Part shown: piece by piece, positions 50,501 to 60,767 of the stretch
Position numbering within the stretch: position 1 is the first letter of the stretch
How the letters are laid out: every line of letters begins with the position of its first letter
Assembly: GCF_001949145.1 (NCBI RefSeq)
Contig: NW_019091359.1
Location: 2,952,861-3,016,860, forward strand
DNA from: Acanthaster planci
Lineage: Eukaryota
Reading direction: 5' to 3'
DNA: 64,000 bases
Position numbers and translations under genes: made by a program
The notes under the pieces: generated by a model
The model's database searches: none
Seen by the model: the letters and a program-made list of their open reading frames with translations, nothing else
What the model was told of the DNA's origin: nothing

Positions 50501-53500
50501 AGAACTTTGATATCAGATTTGCAACACCTGAGTTGAAGTTGAAAATCGCTAAACACTTTCAAGAAGTTGCTTGAGTGCATTCTAGAGGAAGTTCTGAATT
50601 ATGTTTTCTGCTTCAGGAATGAAATCCTAGGATATGGGTTACCGAGATTTTTTTTGCTTTTCAGGATAACCTGGATAAGCTTCTGCAGTTACAACAGAGT
50701 CTGGTGGGTAACCATGAGATAGTCAGGCCTGGCCGGGTGAGTCAAAACGGACTACATGGCAAGATAACTGAATACACGTCTGCTGATGTCAAATCTTGTG
50801 TTTGCGTTTGCCCTTTCTTATGGAGCCAGTGGGAGCCCAAGGACCACTGAGCACCGTAGGAAAGCAGATAAGTAAACAATAGGTGGCATCATTAGTACCG
50901 AGGTCTATTCATCACCTGTAGCTCTATAGTGTTGATAGGTGGCATCATTAGTACCGAGGTCTATTCATCACCTGTAGCTCTGTAGTGTTGACATGGAAAA
51001 GACCAAGACTTCAAACACACTCCATTCGTGCATAGATTTTTCAGTGATATATTAAATTCATGAATTCAATGTTAACATTGACAGTTATTGATTGATTTTT
51101 TGGAATATTTAATTGTAGGTTTTTATTAAAGAAGGGGACTTACTGAAGCTGTCAAGAAAGGTGCCACAAACACGGAGATTTTACCTGGTGAGTGAAATAC
51201 TGTGAAATATTTCTCACATTTTGTTGGAATATTTATATACTTGTTAGTGACTTGATTCAAATATAAAGCTTTTAGTTATTTCTGAAATGATTCAATCGAC
51301 ATTGAAATCAATTTGATACTGTCTGTTTATGCTTTCCAGTTGAGTGATATCCTGTTGTATACCACACCGTTTCTACTGACACCAGGCCAATACAATTACA
51401 AGCTGCATAATGTCCTGTCATTGGCTGGCATGAGGGTAAGGAGTGGATGAGATTTACTTGCTTAGCCCAAAATGAAGACAGTTAAGCAAAATGGCATGTA
51501 TTATCAGTTTTGTTTGTCGGGCATACAAGCTCACTGAGTACTTTGCGAGACAAGCCTAGCACAGTGGAACACACACTGTGACACGCACCTCGGTAGAGTT
51601 TGATCAACTAATCCCACACTGTCGGAGGTTTCTTAAAAATCTGAATTGAGTCAAGAAGGTTTATCCTTCATGACGTCATGACTCTTCTGCGACCATTTCA
51701 CGTGCATGCGGCCGCGCCACAGTGGGCGAGTGAACTTGGTCTATTGATCAATTGTGTCATGCAGTCAGTTCGAAAATCATAAGACAGATGGAAAATAAAA
51801 TAAAAATGTGTCTTTGTGACACAATTTGTGCTGGAAAGACTAGAAACATTGATGCGGTTTCCAGTTGATGAGTCTTCACATTCTTGCAGGTACACACAGG
51901 CTTACATGTGCATGCTGTTACTGATGGCTTCGTTATCATCCATGGCGATCTTAAAAAAATCCCTGGATCGATGTTTTCACATGTACATGTATTTGCTTTT
52001 ATTCTCGCATGCATACACGTGCATATGCATGTACATGGTATTGTACAACAATGCACCCAAGCCATAGCGCTGCGTTCTGCCTACAACGAATTTCGTATAC
52101 AATGAACGTTTCAACGTGTTCCCTGGGATTTTGTGATAACAAGAGTTGACTGTATACACAACTGCTTCCATGGCCCACAACCATCAAAATGTTCTACAGA
52201 CCATATTTACACCATACATCACTTTGAAGTAAGCAGGGGAAAAGAATTGTCAAACCTTAAAATAATGTACTTCAGTCTGGTTGCGGAATGGTGGGAAGTA
52301 TTCAATCTTTTGGGGTCTTGATACTTGAATGTCATTGTTCCTTGGTCAGGTACATGTTCAAATGTTCAAGTTGATAACTTGCTTTTCAGGTAAGCAAGCC
52401 AGCACAGGAAGATTACAAGAACGAGTTCAGTATCATCAGTGTACAGAGATCCTTCACTTTGGCAGCAAAGTAAGAGCTGGCTGACTTGCTTCCACCTATA
52501 AAGACCAAAAGGGGCTTGGAATGTTGCTGTAAATGGTCATACATTGTTTGTTAGTTATATCACGGTGAATGATATGATTTTCCAATAAAAGAGCATCATT
52601 TTTATTACCCATGCCTGGAAAATTCTTGGAAGTATTTCACACAGGATTAAGTGGTTTTTGTATAATACTGCAAATGCATGTTGAAGATTGTTGTTCCAAG
52701 TTATCATAAATCTTAAATCATTGGAGAATGCAGCTAAGGAACTCTTTTGGTAATATTTGTCTCGGCAGAACAGTTTCAATTTATAGTTAATCAAAGAATT
52801 TACAAGCTCACGCTGATGGTATTTTATTCAGTCGTCACTCTTTTAGGGGCCTGAAATGATGGGGTTTTTCAAACTTTGTTTTGGACAGCACTCCTGAGGA
52901 GAGAGACTCTTGGGTTGCAGCTCTGAATAAAGCGATCACGGAGTATGCCAGTAAACGAAGCTCCTTTGCTGTTTTACATCCTCAGTATGCACAGGTGAGA
53001 AGGAACTCAAGTCTTCTTGAAACTCCTCCCTGAGTGAGATTTTTGCAGTCTTCAGAGAGATCAAAATGGATGCGTAGAAGTGTTGAGTGTGAAATGGCCG
53101 GTTTACAGGAAGTGTTTACTTCTGAAGATGTACACAAAACATAAAGGCAAGGGCTATTGCCTAGAAACTCAGAGATGGAATGAACTACAAGCTGCAAGAC
53201 CATACATTGACTTGAGAGGATGAGTGGCAGCCATCTTGAGACGCCATGGCAACACTGCTTTAAGACCATACATTGACTTGAGAGGACGAGTGGCAGCCAT
53301 CTTGAGACGCCATGGCAACGCTGCTTTATTTCAGGCGGTATACTGGTAACGGCACATTGCAGAGTTTACCAGTTACTTCCTGGAATACAGGAGTGTTGGC
53401 CCAAGACATCAGTGGACTCATCCATGCTACATGAAGTGCATCAAGTAGAAGTAATCTGGAGCCTTTTGTCTTCAAAACCAATTTTGACTTTCTCAGCCGG

Positions 53501-56500
53501 TCATTATATCTTAGCAATTTGCTACTGGCTGGGCAGTGAATCAAATATTTTTGGAAGGCTCATAGTCTGAAATTAGTATTTTTATTTCCTTTAATAATGT
53601 TACCACCCAGCAAATACATTGTTTGAAATGGTAGAATACAGCCGTAGAAATTGGAGTTGAGTCAATATTTGCTGAAGGTTGTTATTTTAAAAAGGTTTCT
53701 TGTACTGAAACTTATGCTGGAAGCTCCAGTCAGTCGGTGAAAGATGGCCATTTTGGAATTTCAGTTATAACTCCTTGAAAAGTAGCAGAAAAATGTTGAA
53801 GATTCTCCGACTTTTTTTCAGCTTTTGTCAGAAGGCGACAGTACCAGCCTAGGTAGGAAAGCACCAGCTTGGATTCCTGACGCTCGTGTTACCATGTGCA
53901 TGATCTGTACTTGTGAGTTCACCATTACCTGGAGAAGACACCACTGCAGAGCTTGTGGAAAGGTAACCTTTTTGGATATTGGCAACAAACTAAATGCTTA
54001 TGTATGATTTCAACACAAATCATGTTATGAATGTAACTTACAAAGGATCAAGGCAGTTCCTAGGTGTCTGAGCTTTATTGTAAAAAAAAATCTGTGAAGA
54101 GATGTAAACACCAAGTTTCTAAAGACACTGTACCTCAAATGCCAAGATGTATGAAAAGTTCTGTTAAAAGGGAACACATGTTGACAAGTGTGGACATTTC
54201 AGACTTACTGAAGCCCATTGCAAAGCTTACAGTAGTTTAGGCCAGAAGGGATATTAACCCTGACCATTCTGAATCCAACAAGCATATGTATGATTTCAAT
54301 GGTCCCGAGGGGGTTGAGAGTGAAGAGAATCCTGTAATATGGAGATGTTAATTCTCGTATTCCCTGTTTGCAGGTTGTGTGTGGAAACTGCTCGGCAAAC
54401 AAGATACCACTCCACTACTTGGCTAACAAGGTGGCCAGGGTCTGTGATCAGTGCTACAGAACTCTTGTCAAAGGTATAATGTAACTTCAAAGAAAAGTGT
54501 TGATTTCAACCCTCGTTTCATTACATGTCCCCAACGACTTGAATTCTCATTTCAGAATCACCAAATTCACAAGACAAGCTTGAGCCCTGAATGTAACATG
54601 CCACATAAGTGTTCTTGCTCTCGTAAGGTTGGCTTCAGCATACATCACACCTTGAAGCTGTTGGATGTTGTTGGGTTCGGTAAGGGGCAGCAGGGGCACA
54701 TGTTGGATAGGGTGTGAGGGTTTATCCTTCGTTGTGTCTTGGGATTTTTGTTAAGACTATTGCATCCGCCTGTGGTACTTACTGGGCATATCTGACCAAC
54801 ATGACATCCAAAGGTCTGTTCTTTTTGTGAATGAGCCATGAAATCAATTTGATATGCAGTTTTCAGCCTTTGGGTACAGATTCAATTGATTTTTCTTGTA
54901 AACATGTAGTTGATTTGGGGTCTTAATTGTTTGCAGGTGATAAACAAGGAGAAGATATGGAAGATGGAAAGGATCAAAGTAAAGGCAAAGGGAAAAGGAA
55001 AAGATCAGCAAAACCAATTATTAGACCTTCGGCCCTCAAACAGGTAAAATAGCATGAACGGAGATAGCATCGATTCTTTAGGAAGACTTTGGCCCACTTT
55101 GACAGCAAGGTTTAACAGTAAGCATGAAAGTTGTGCTTACTTAAGCAGAAAATAATACTTTCACACTATTTCATGGCTAGGTGTGCAAACGGTAGCTTGT
55201 CTGTGGAGATGTCTGTCACCTCGCTGAGTTGAGCATTTTTTTTGTGTTCTGAGGTTAAGCATTTTTTGCCGTCTTTTAACAGTCTCCACGAAACACTTGG
55301 AGGCTCTGTAAGCACAAAATTTGTTGTTGGGCTGAGCGAAGAGATTTGGGCCGGATATTTGAACTTACCCTATAAGACCCTAGCTTCGATGTAGATGCAA
55401 GTCTTTTGCACTATGACCACCACCTCCCGAAGCTTGATTTTGATCTTCCATTTTTAAGCATGAGGCCATTTGATTTGGATGTTAGGTGGTGTTTTTTTTC
55501 TGGTCAGTATTCTGGTATGGGTTGGCCAAGATTGTGCAGTGTTTAACTTTATTTCGTTCACGAACCTGGCTCAGTGCACTGCTGACCTCTTTTCAATAGG
55601 GGCCAGTTTAGTGTGCAGCAGTGCTGTGGCTCATTGCTGCGATGGTGGAGCGCTTTTGTCCCCGGTGGTAATCTGCTCGTGCTAAATGCCCCAAATCGTG
55701 GTATACTGTTTCAAAACAAGGCTGGATTATCTCCGCTATTGAGAGTGAAAAAATGTTGCAATGTCCAGCAGCCTGGTCTAATTCCACACACGGTGCCCGA
55801 AACCGGGCTCCCCGGCAGAAGTGGTTAAAGGCCGCAATTTTTCATTTGACAGGTCTCTGCTAGTGAGCAGGATACCAGTATGAGCGGTTACCTGATGCTG
55901 AGACGGAAGAAAGATTGGAAAAGACAATGGTATGTCTTGAAGGAAAAGGTGTTGTATAGATACAAAGCCAGCGAGGATGTGGCAGCGTTGGAGAGCATGC
56001 CACTCTTGGGATATGAAATACAGATATTGAATGAGGTGAGTAGTGTTGGGAGTTGAATTTTTATCTCTTACAAAGGAAGCAGCAGGAATGTACAATTGGC
56101 CTCCTACGGTATGTTGGAGGATTCCGTAAAGTTAAAAACTTTTTTTGCCGAGTTGGACCTTTTTCATTCATTTTCAATAATGTGCACAAACTCTTAGGTC
56201 ACCGAAGTCTAGTCACAGGGTTGAAGGCCGTGACAAATTGACAGATTCTGAACTGCTTTTTGTCAGTAAGCGGAAATAGCTTGTGCTGAACTGGTCACTG
56301 ATTGGTGAACTGATTGCAAACCTCTGCAGGTTTGTGCTTACCTCATATCTTTTAGGGTCAAGACTTGGATCATGCTTGGTGACCGAAGATGGTCATGTTT
56401 GTGTGCCAAGTTTGCAAAGTTCATGTTTTAAGTGGACAATCCTTAAGCTTCAAAGGAAGTGTGTAAGACAACTGCACGTGTTTGATTCCAATGTTTTTTC

Positions 56501-56756
56501 TAAAATTGGATTCGGTGCCATTGGGTAAGGCGAACAGCCAATTTTAAGTTTCCAAAGGAGCTAGTGAAACTTACATTGTTGCATAATTTTATTGCATAAT
56601 TTTATTTACATTTTTTTGCAGCCATTTGAAGGAGTTGAAGCAGGCTTTATCATTCAGCTTTGCCATCAATCCAAGGTACTGTTCCAACTACGAGCTGAGA
56701 ACAAGCCTATGGCTGAGAAGTGGGCGGTACTGATGACAGAGGCTACACATCTCTGA
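42642..56756 (+). CDS. FGD6: FYVE, RhoGEF and PH domain-containing protein 6-like (Cdc42 GEF), 17 coding exons traced, start codon exon lies upstream
   Basis: Exons 42642-44523, 46271-46523, 48193-48344, 48632-48788, 49494-49581, 49921-49977, 50205-50263, 50665-50736, 51119-51187, 51340-51435, 52390-52469, 52889-52994, 53822-53962, 54374-54473, 54937-55043, 55853-56035, 56622-56756. All have AG/GT ends and join in one open frame. Motifs recognised from FGD5/6: [78 protein letters not shown]. Confidence 0.93.
46271..46523 (+). CDS. FGD6: FGD6-like exon: acidic linker and start of DH domain
   Basis: tgtcttttAG|G ... GTG|GTGAGT. Encodes [26 protein letters not shown] (DH CR1 helix). Confidence 0.93.
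46554..47342. mobile_element. Kolobok-like TTAA-flanked MITE, 789 bp, in an FGD6 intron
   Basis: TTAA|AGGTAGTGAACAGCATTGGT ... ACCAATGGTGTACACTACCT|TTAA. TIR 18/20, perfect TTAA TSD, purine termini. Confidence 0.8.
48193..48344 (+). CDS. FGD6: FGD6-like exon, DH domain
   Basis: ttctgtAG|GAT ... [59 protein letters not shown]. Confidence 0.93.
48632..48788 (+). CDS. FGD6: FGD6-like exon, DH domain
   Basis: AAG-type acceptor (ttccaaAG|G), donor [37 protein letters not shown]...LREFE. Confidence 0.92.
48870..49091 (-). mobile_element. Decayed tRNA-derived SINE
   Basis: The minus strand shows a B-box-like GGTTAAATC (49035-49043) followed by GGGTTTCCCC...CGGGTTTTCCTCCC, a central domain common in invertebrate SINE2 families. 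Confidence 0.55.
49494..49581 (+). CDS. FGD6: FGD6-like exon, DH domain CR3
   Basis: tttttgtccAG|GCC ... [36 protein letters not shown]. Confidence 0.95.
49708..49770. mobile_element. Tiny TTAA-flanked piggyBac-like MITE
   Basis: TTAA|CCCTAACTCCC ... GGAATGTTGGGG|TTAA. Confidence 0.5.
49921..49977 (+). CDS. FGD6: FGD6-like exon, DH domain
   Basis: tatcaaacAG|AA ... [26 protein letters not shown]. Confidence 0.9.
50205..50263 (+). CDS. FGD6: FGD6-like exon, end of DH domain
   Basis: tttcttggacAG|CT ... [29 protein letters not shown]. Confidence 0.93.
50665..50736 (+). CDS. FGD6: FGD6-like exon, DH-PH1 linker
   Basis: gcttttcAG|GAT ... [33 protein letters not shown]. Confidence 0.94.
50879..50991. 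repeat. 56-bp tandem duplication, 2 copies
   Basis: ATAGGTGGCATCATTAGTACCGAGGTCTATTCATCACCTGTAGCTCTRTAGTGTTG x2, one mismatch. Confidence 0.95.
51119..51187 (+). CDS. FGD6: FGD6-like exon, PH1
   Basis: aattgtAG|GTT ... [32 protein letters not shown]. Confidence 0.93.
51340..51435 (+). CDS. FGD6: FGD6-like exon, PH1
   Basis: gctttccAG|TTG ... [41 protein letters not shown]. Confidence 0.93.
52390..52469 (+). CDS. FGD6: FGD6-like exon, PH1
   Basis: gcttttcAG|GTA ... [34 protein letters not shown]. Confidence 0.92.
52889..52994 (+). CDS. FGD6: FGD6-like exon, PH1 C-terminal helix
   Basis: ttttggacAG|C ... [35 protein letters not shown]... Confidence 0.93.
53196..53328. repeat. 66-bp tandem duplication, 2 copies
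   Basis: AAGACCATACATTGACTTGAGAGGAYGAGTGGCAGCCATCTTGAGACGCCATGGCAACRCTGCTTT x2, two mismatches. Confidence 0.95.
53822..53962 (+). CDS. FGD6: FGD6-like exon, FYVE N-half
   Basis: ctttttttcAG|CTT ... [47 protein letters not shown]. Confidence 0.95.
54374..54473 (+). CDS. FGD6: FGD6-like exon, FYVE C-half
   Basis: ctgtttgcAG|GTT ... [40 protein letters not shown]. Confidence 0.93.
54937..55043 (+). CDS. FGD6: FGD6-like exon, FYVE-PH2 linker
   Basis: ttgtttgcAG|GT ... [45 protein letters not shown], phases 1/0 fit both neighbours. Confidence 0.85.
55590..55824. mobile_element. Partial copy of the TTAA-flanked MITE family at 57939-58502
   Basis: Shares TTTCAATAGG-GCCAG-TTAG, GCTTTTGTCCCCGGTGGTAATC, CCAGCAGC-TGGTCT and GTGCCCGAAA, and ends AAGTGG|TTAA. 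Left end not found. Confidence 0.7.
55853..56035 (+). CDS. FGD6: FGD6-like exon, PH2
   Basis: tcatttgacAG|GTC ... [65 protein letters not shown]. Confidence 0.94.
56622..56756 (+). CDS. FGD6: FGD6-like terminal coding exon, PH2 C-terminus
   Basis: tttttttgc[49 protein letters not shown] then TGA 56754-56756. Confidence 0.9.
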   Translation, partial: PFEGVEAGFIIQLCHQSKVLFQLRAENKPMAEKWAVLMTEATHL

Positions 56757-57282
56757 GATGATGTATCCTCAAATCACCAAAGCTCGTTTTATCTCTTGAG
56801 AACTGGTGTGTGCTGAGATGTCTTTAAGACATTTTAATTTTCTTTTCATTCCAAATGGGCTGCTGAACTGCAATATGATAAAACTGGTATGCAAGATCAA
56901 AGTTGTAAAATGACTTTAAGACATAAGACCGATGTTGGTCATAAGTAATATGTTTATTCCCCGTAACACTAGAATGAAGCATTCCTGTTGAGTTGTATGT
57001 TTTAAAACAATTATTTAAATGCATTTCAGATGAGGCTGAGGACTCCAAAGTGGATTTCGTTAAATGTCACAAGTTTTTTCTTAAACACCTGAGCAGTTTC
57101 CTAAACTGAGTGCTTTAAGTAAACTATGATGTCATTCCTGAGCTCTGACGTACTAGAGAACTAAGCATAGGAAGATGTGATGATTTTTTGTCCAAGGTCA
57201 GTAGCAACTTTGTTACTGCCAACAGGATAGGTTTTCTAAGAGTACCAATGCTACCAAGGTGTGTTTTTTTGTTTTGTTTATA

Positions 57283-57457
57283 CAGTCAAACCTTCTTAAT
57301 AAGAACACTGTTAACACAAGATTCTGGTTATAACAAGGATATTTTGAGGTCCCAATCCTTTGTTTTTCATTATTTTCATTCCTGATGATACAAGATTCCT
57401 GTTATAACGAGGTAATTTGCCAAGTCTGAAGAACTTCTTATTAATGAGGTTCAACTG
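57283..57457. mobile_element. Tc1/pogo (Tigger)-like MITE, 175 bp, downstream of the FGD6 stop
   Basis: TA|CAGTCAAACCTTCTTAATAAGAA ... TTCTTATTAATGAGGTTCAACTG|TA. Subterminal GTTATAAC repeats. Confidence 0.82.
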
Positions 57458-57938
57458 TAATATGCTATAGAAACCTCCTATATTGTCTTCCAAATGTTTA
57501 AACAGTATTACACATATTCTTATTTAACAAAAGTTCCATTATGTTGCCTTTTTGTATTAAAATTGGGATGACTGTATGTGTTAATTCGGTTTTGTAACAG
57601 ACATGCAACTTCCAAAGTTTCATCTGAATGATGTCTATGACTTGTAATAATTGGACTAACACAACAGGTAAATTTCTGCTCTAGTCAAACATACATATCG
57701 AAGTATAACTTGTTTAGTATACCCAGCGTGCCTTATAATGCTTACATATTGAAGTGTATTTTTGCTAGCTGTTTTATTGATGCCAATGTTGGACAAAACT
57801 ATTGATGTAATTTTTAACAAGCTCCAATCTTAAGAAAACCATGTTAAGTGAGAAATTCCAAGCATACCACCATTAAAATGTTGCATAAGTTCTCAAATTA
57901 TGAGATTTAGCATTCTCAAAAGGTTACTTTTATCTTAA

Positions 57939-58502
57939 CCACTTGATGCTGGGTGGAAGTTGAAGTTAAATGACGTAAACCCAGGAGATTTTCAAGATTT
58001 TCTATTTTCAAAATTCTTAAATAAATCATAGCTTCATTTACTGGACGTTTACACCCACATGAATAACTGTCTGGTGGCTACTCTAATCTGACAGACAACA
58101 TCTATTGAGTATTTCAGCTAGGCCGCCACCTTGTAAAATGAGCCTAGATTGTGAGTGTCATGTAACTTTCTTTGTTCTTGAAACTGTTAGTGTGCTACTG
58201 GCGTTTTTTCAATAGGAGCCAGATTAGCATGCAGCAGAAGGTATCACTCATTGCTGGAGTGCTTTTGTCCCCGGTGGTAATCCGCTTGTGCTGAATGCCA
58301 CAAACAATGATATAATCTCTCAAAAGGACAGATTTCCATGTCTTTTGACAACTGAAAATTTTTTGGCAACTCCCAGCAGCTTGGTCTTTTGTTCCAGAGT
58401 ACGTTCTTTGTTATAAGGCCCGGCTCTTTTGTCTGGTTTCAGGCTCCCTGGTTTCGTGTATTAATCCTTTGTGCCCGAAATGAGGTTCCCACCAGCAAGT
58501 GG
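57939..58502. mobile_element. TTAA-flanked piggyBac-like MITE, 564 bp
   Basis: TTAA|CCACTTGATGCTGGG ... CCCACCAGCAAGTGG|TTAA (TIR 13/15). Second partial copy at 55590-55824. Confidence 0.78.
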
Positions 58503-58788
58503 TTAAAATGATAGAACTAAGAATTGATAATGAATTATGTGAGGTGTTACCACTGTGCAAATATTCCAGAAAATTATTTGGATGTTAATTATTGACCTAA
58601 TCAGGATGCATGTAATAACATTTAAGACAGTTGTTATAGCCAAATGAGGGCAGTTATATTGGAAGCATATGAGGAAAAGCGATTTGACCAAATCCATTTG
58701 ACTGTTAACAGTGGACTGGACTTAGGCACGGCCTGATTTTTATATTTAATTCTTGGAAATTACCCAATGTGTGCATGGATAATTGACC

Positions 58789-58794
58789 AATAAA
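58789..58794 (+). terminator. Candidate polyadenylation signal for the FGD6-like gene
   Basis: AATAAA. Alternatives are ATTAAA 57556-57561 and AATAAA 58020-58025. Motif only. Confidence 0.3.
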
Positions 58795-60695
58795 TGAACT
58801 GAATCTGGTGCTTCAAAATGATCGTCTAAATGTGATATTACGATCGTGAGTGGAATAGAATGAAGTAGTGAGTGCGTCCTGTATACCACAAGGCCTTCAC
58901 GGGACTCGTCACCTTTGAATATTAAAGTAAATTTTGCAGTTGTTTGCCAATAGTGTAATGTGTTGAGTTAGAACAGCACATTACATGGCGTTTGAATGCA
59001 CCATCCAAGACTGTTATACTTGTATATATCACACTCCTTGTTGCCATGGATAGACCAATCGGAATTGAGAATGAAAGTCTGCCTGAAGATAATTTATATT
59101 ATGCATTGTGGGTGTATGAGGACTTCTCACTTTGAAAGCCATTTGGAGGAATCTCGAGTCTGGGTAATCATTGGCGTTCACACTTGACTGAGAAATTACC
59201 TCATAAATGTGACTATTTGACAATGGGATGGAAGGAAATTTCAAATTCAAATCCTGCACCGCAAGTACATGTACATGGTAGTTGTATTTACTTAGTATGT
59301 TGAAGCAATATTGAAAAGTTCATCAAATGGCTATATGCGATACTGAAGCATCGAAGCTTTTGTACAAATATAAAAGAGACTTAGTAAAAATATTAATCTT
59401 ACCCCTGCATTAGTTTTTCATTAATTGAACGTAACACTTCATAGTTGATCAGTTACCTCTTGGTTCTGCTCAACCAATGGGACAATTATAATTTGGCAAA
59501 TAGTTTTCCGTCTGGAATCGTGATTGTTCATAACAAATCCGGGTAGAGTAGCTTACTTAAAACATCAATTAATCTTCAAGTTTGAGTATCTCTTTGAAAC
59601 TTGCTCCTGATTTGTTGAACTGTTTTACTAGTCTATTTGGCTCCTATCCATAAAGGTCCACAAATTTGCTGTGTTCAGTCAATCAAGGTCCGAACACACA
59701 AATGTTCATGCAGAAAAACACTAAAAAATATACAAACGGTTGGTCTGTCAATGCTACTGATGATTTATATTGACTTGGAAACCACTCACAAAAATATAAA
59801 TTTCAGATAGTTTCTCTAGCTGAAACATCTCGCAAGAAAAAAAATGCAAAGCCCGCAAACTGATTTACTTAATTTTATTTCCTTCATGTATTGTTACAAA
59901 TCAAATTTGAAAAACAGCTTGAAAGTTTCCTTTTTATAAACTTTTCTACCTGCATAACTCAACTTCTTTTACTAAAACAAATGACAGATTACCATGAGGA
60001 AAGTAAACGGAGGGATTTCACATTCGCGCCGTCTGCGCATATCTACATCAAAACCGAGGCTCTCTGTGTTGAACTTCGTCGCGTGCGCCCGCGGAGTCCA
60101 CACAGTACGTGGAATATCCGATTCGTAAGTGTGACGCCACTTCAGTTTAAACCACGCCCACTGCACATGCAGATACACGACCATCGCAGGTACGTTAGTT
60201 CGCGGTAAATTGCTGTTATTTTTTTCCTTTGATTTTACGTGACGAGTCATCAAAGACTCTTCCACAAAAATTTGCAGCTTGAAAAGTCTGAATTTATCAT
60301 ACCGTTATGTATTTTGTGTCTTGACTCCTTACTTTCAATTGTCTGATCGTATTAAGAATTGAAGCTGATGCATACGGCCTCGTTTCAAACGCGGAATTGC
60401 GCAGATCGACACTAAAAGTGTCGTATTTGGATCCCTGTATAAAGCAGATCAAATAGCAGTTCCTCTTCATAACAAAGAACGAGATGATGTAGAAACTATG
60501 ATGAAACATGGGGATATTGAAGAGGTGAAACAGTTCCTAGTGCGCTAACAAGTTGAAAATGTGAGAAACATCAGCTTATCTAAGACATATAGGTCCATTT
60601 CCTGGATTGCATTGTCTGTTAACCTCATGATGCAGACAGGGTGGGGTATGACTCCCCACCCTGCTCCGTTTTATCACACCAACTTCGAGATGCGG

Positions 60696-60767
60696 TCAGT
60701 TTCTCATCGTCACGACAACTTTGCCAGTGGATTTCCTCATCATGACATACTGGAATGCTTCGTTGAT
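60696..60767 (-). CDS. CRYZL2: Quinone oxidoreductase-like protein 2, terminal coding exon
   Basis: tttacAG|ATC. INEAFQYVMMRKSTGKVVVTMRN-stop, with the MDR C-terminal R-K-S-T-G-K-V-V motif. Confidence 0.9.
   Translation of the reverse strand: MNEAFQYVMMRKSTGKVVVTMRN

Noticed and set aside
51560..51727. RSS/Transib-like CACAGTG heptamers (inverted pair 51560-51580, CACAGTGGG at 51718)
   Set aside because: No nonamer, partner TIR or 5-bp TSD found. Compatible with chance or an unclassifiable relic.
52075..52154. Full pogo-like MITE ending GATAACAAGAGTTGACTG|TA
   Set aside because: Only a right end is visible and no matching left TIR was found, so it is not called as a complete element.
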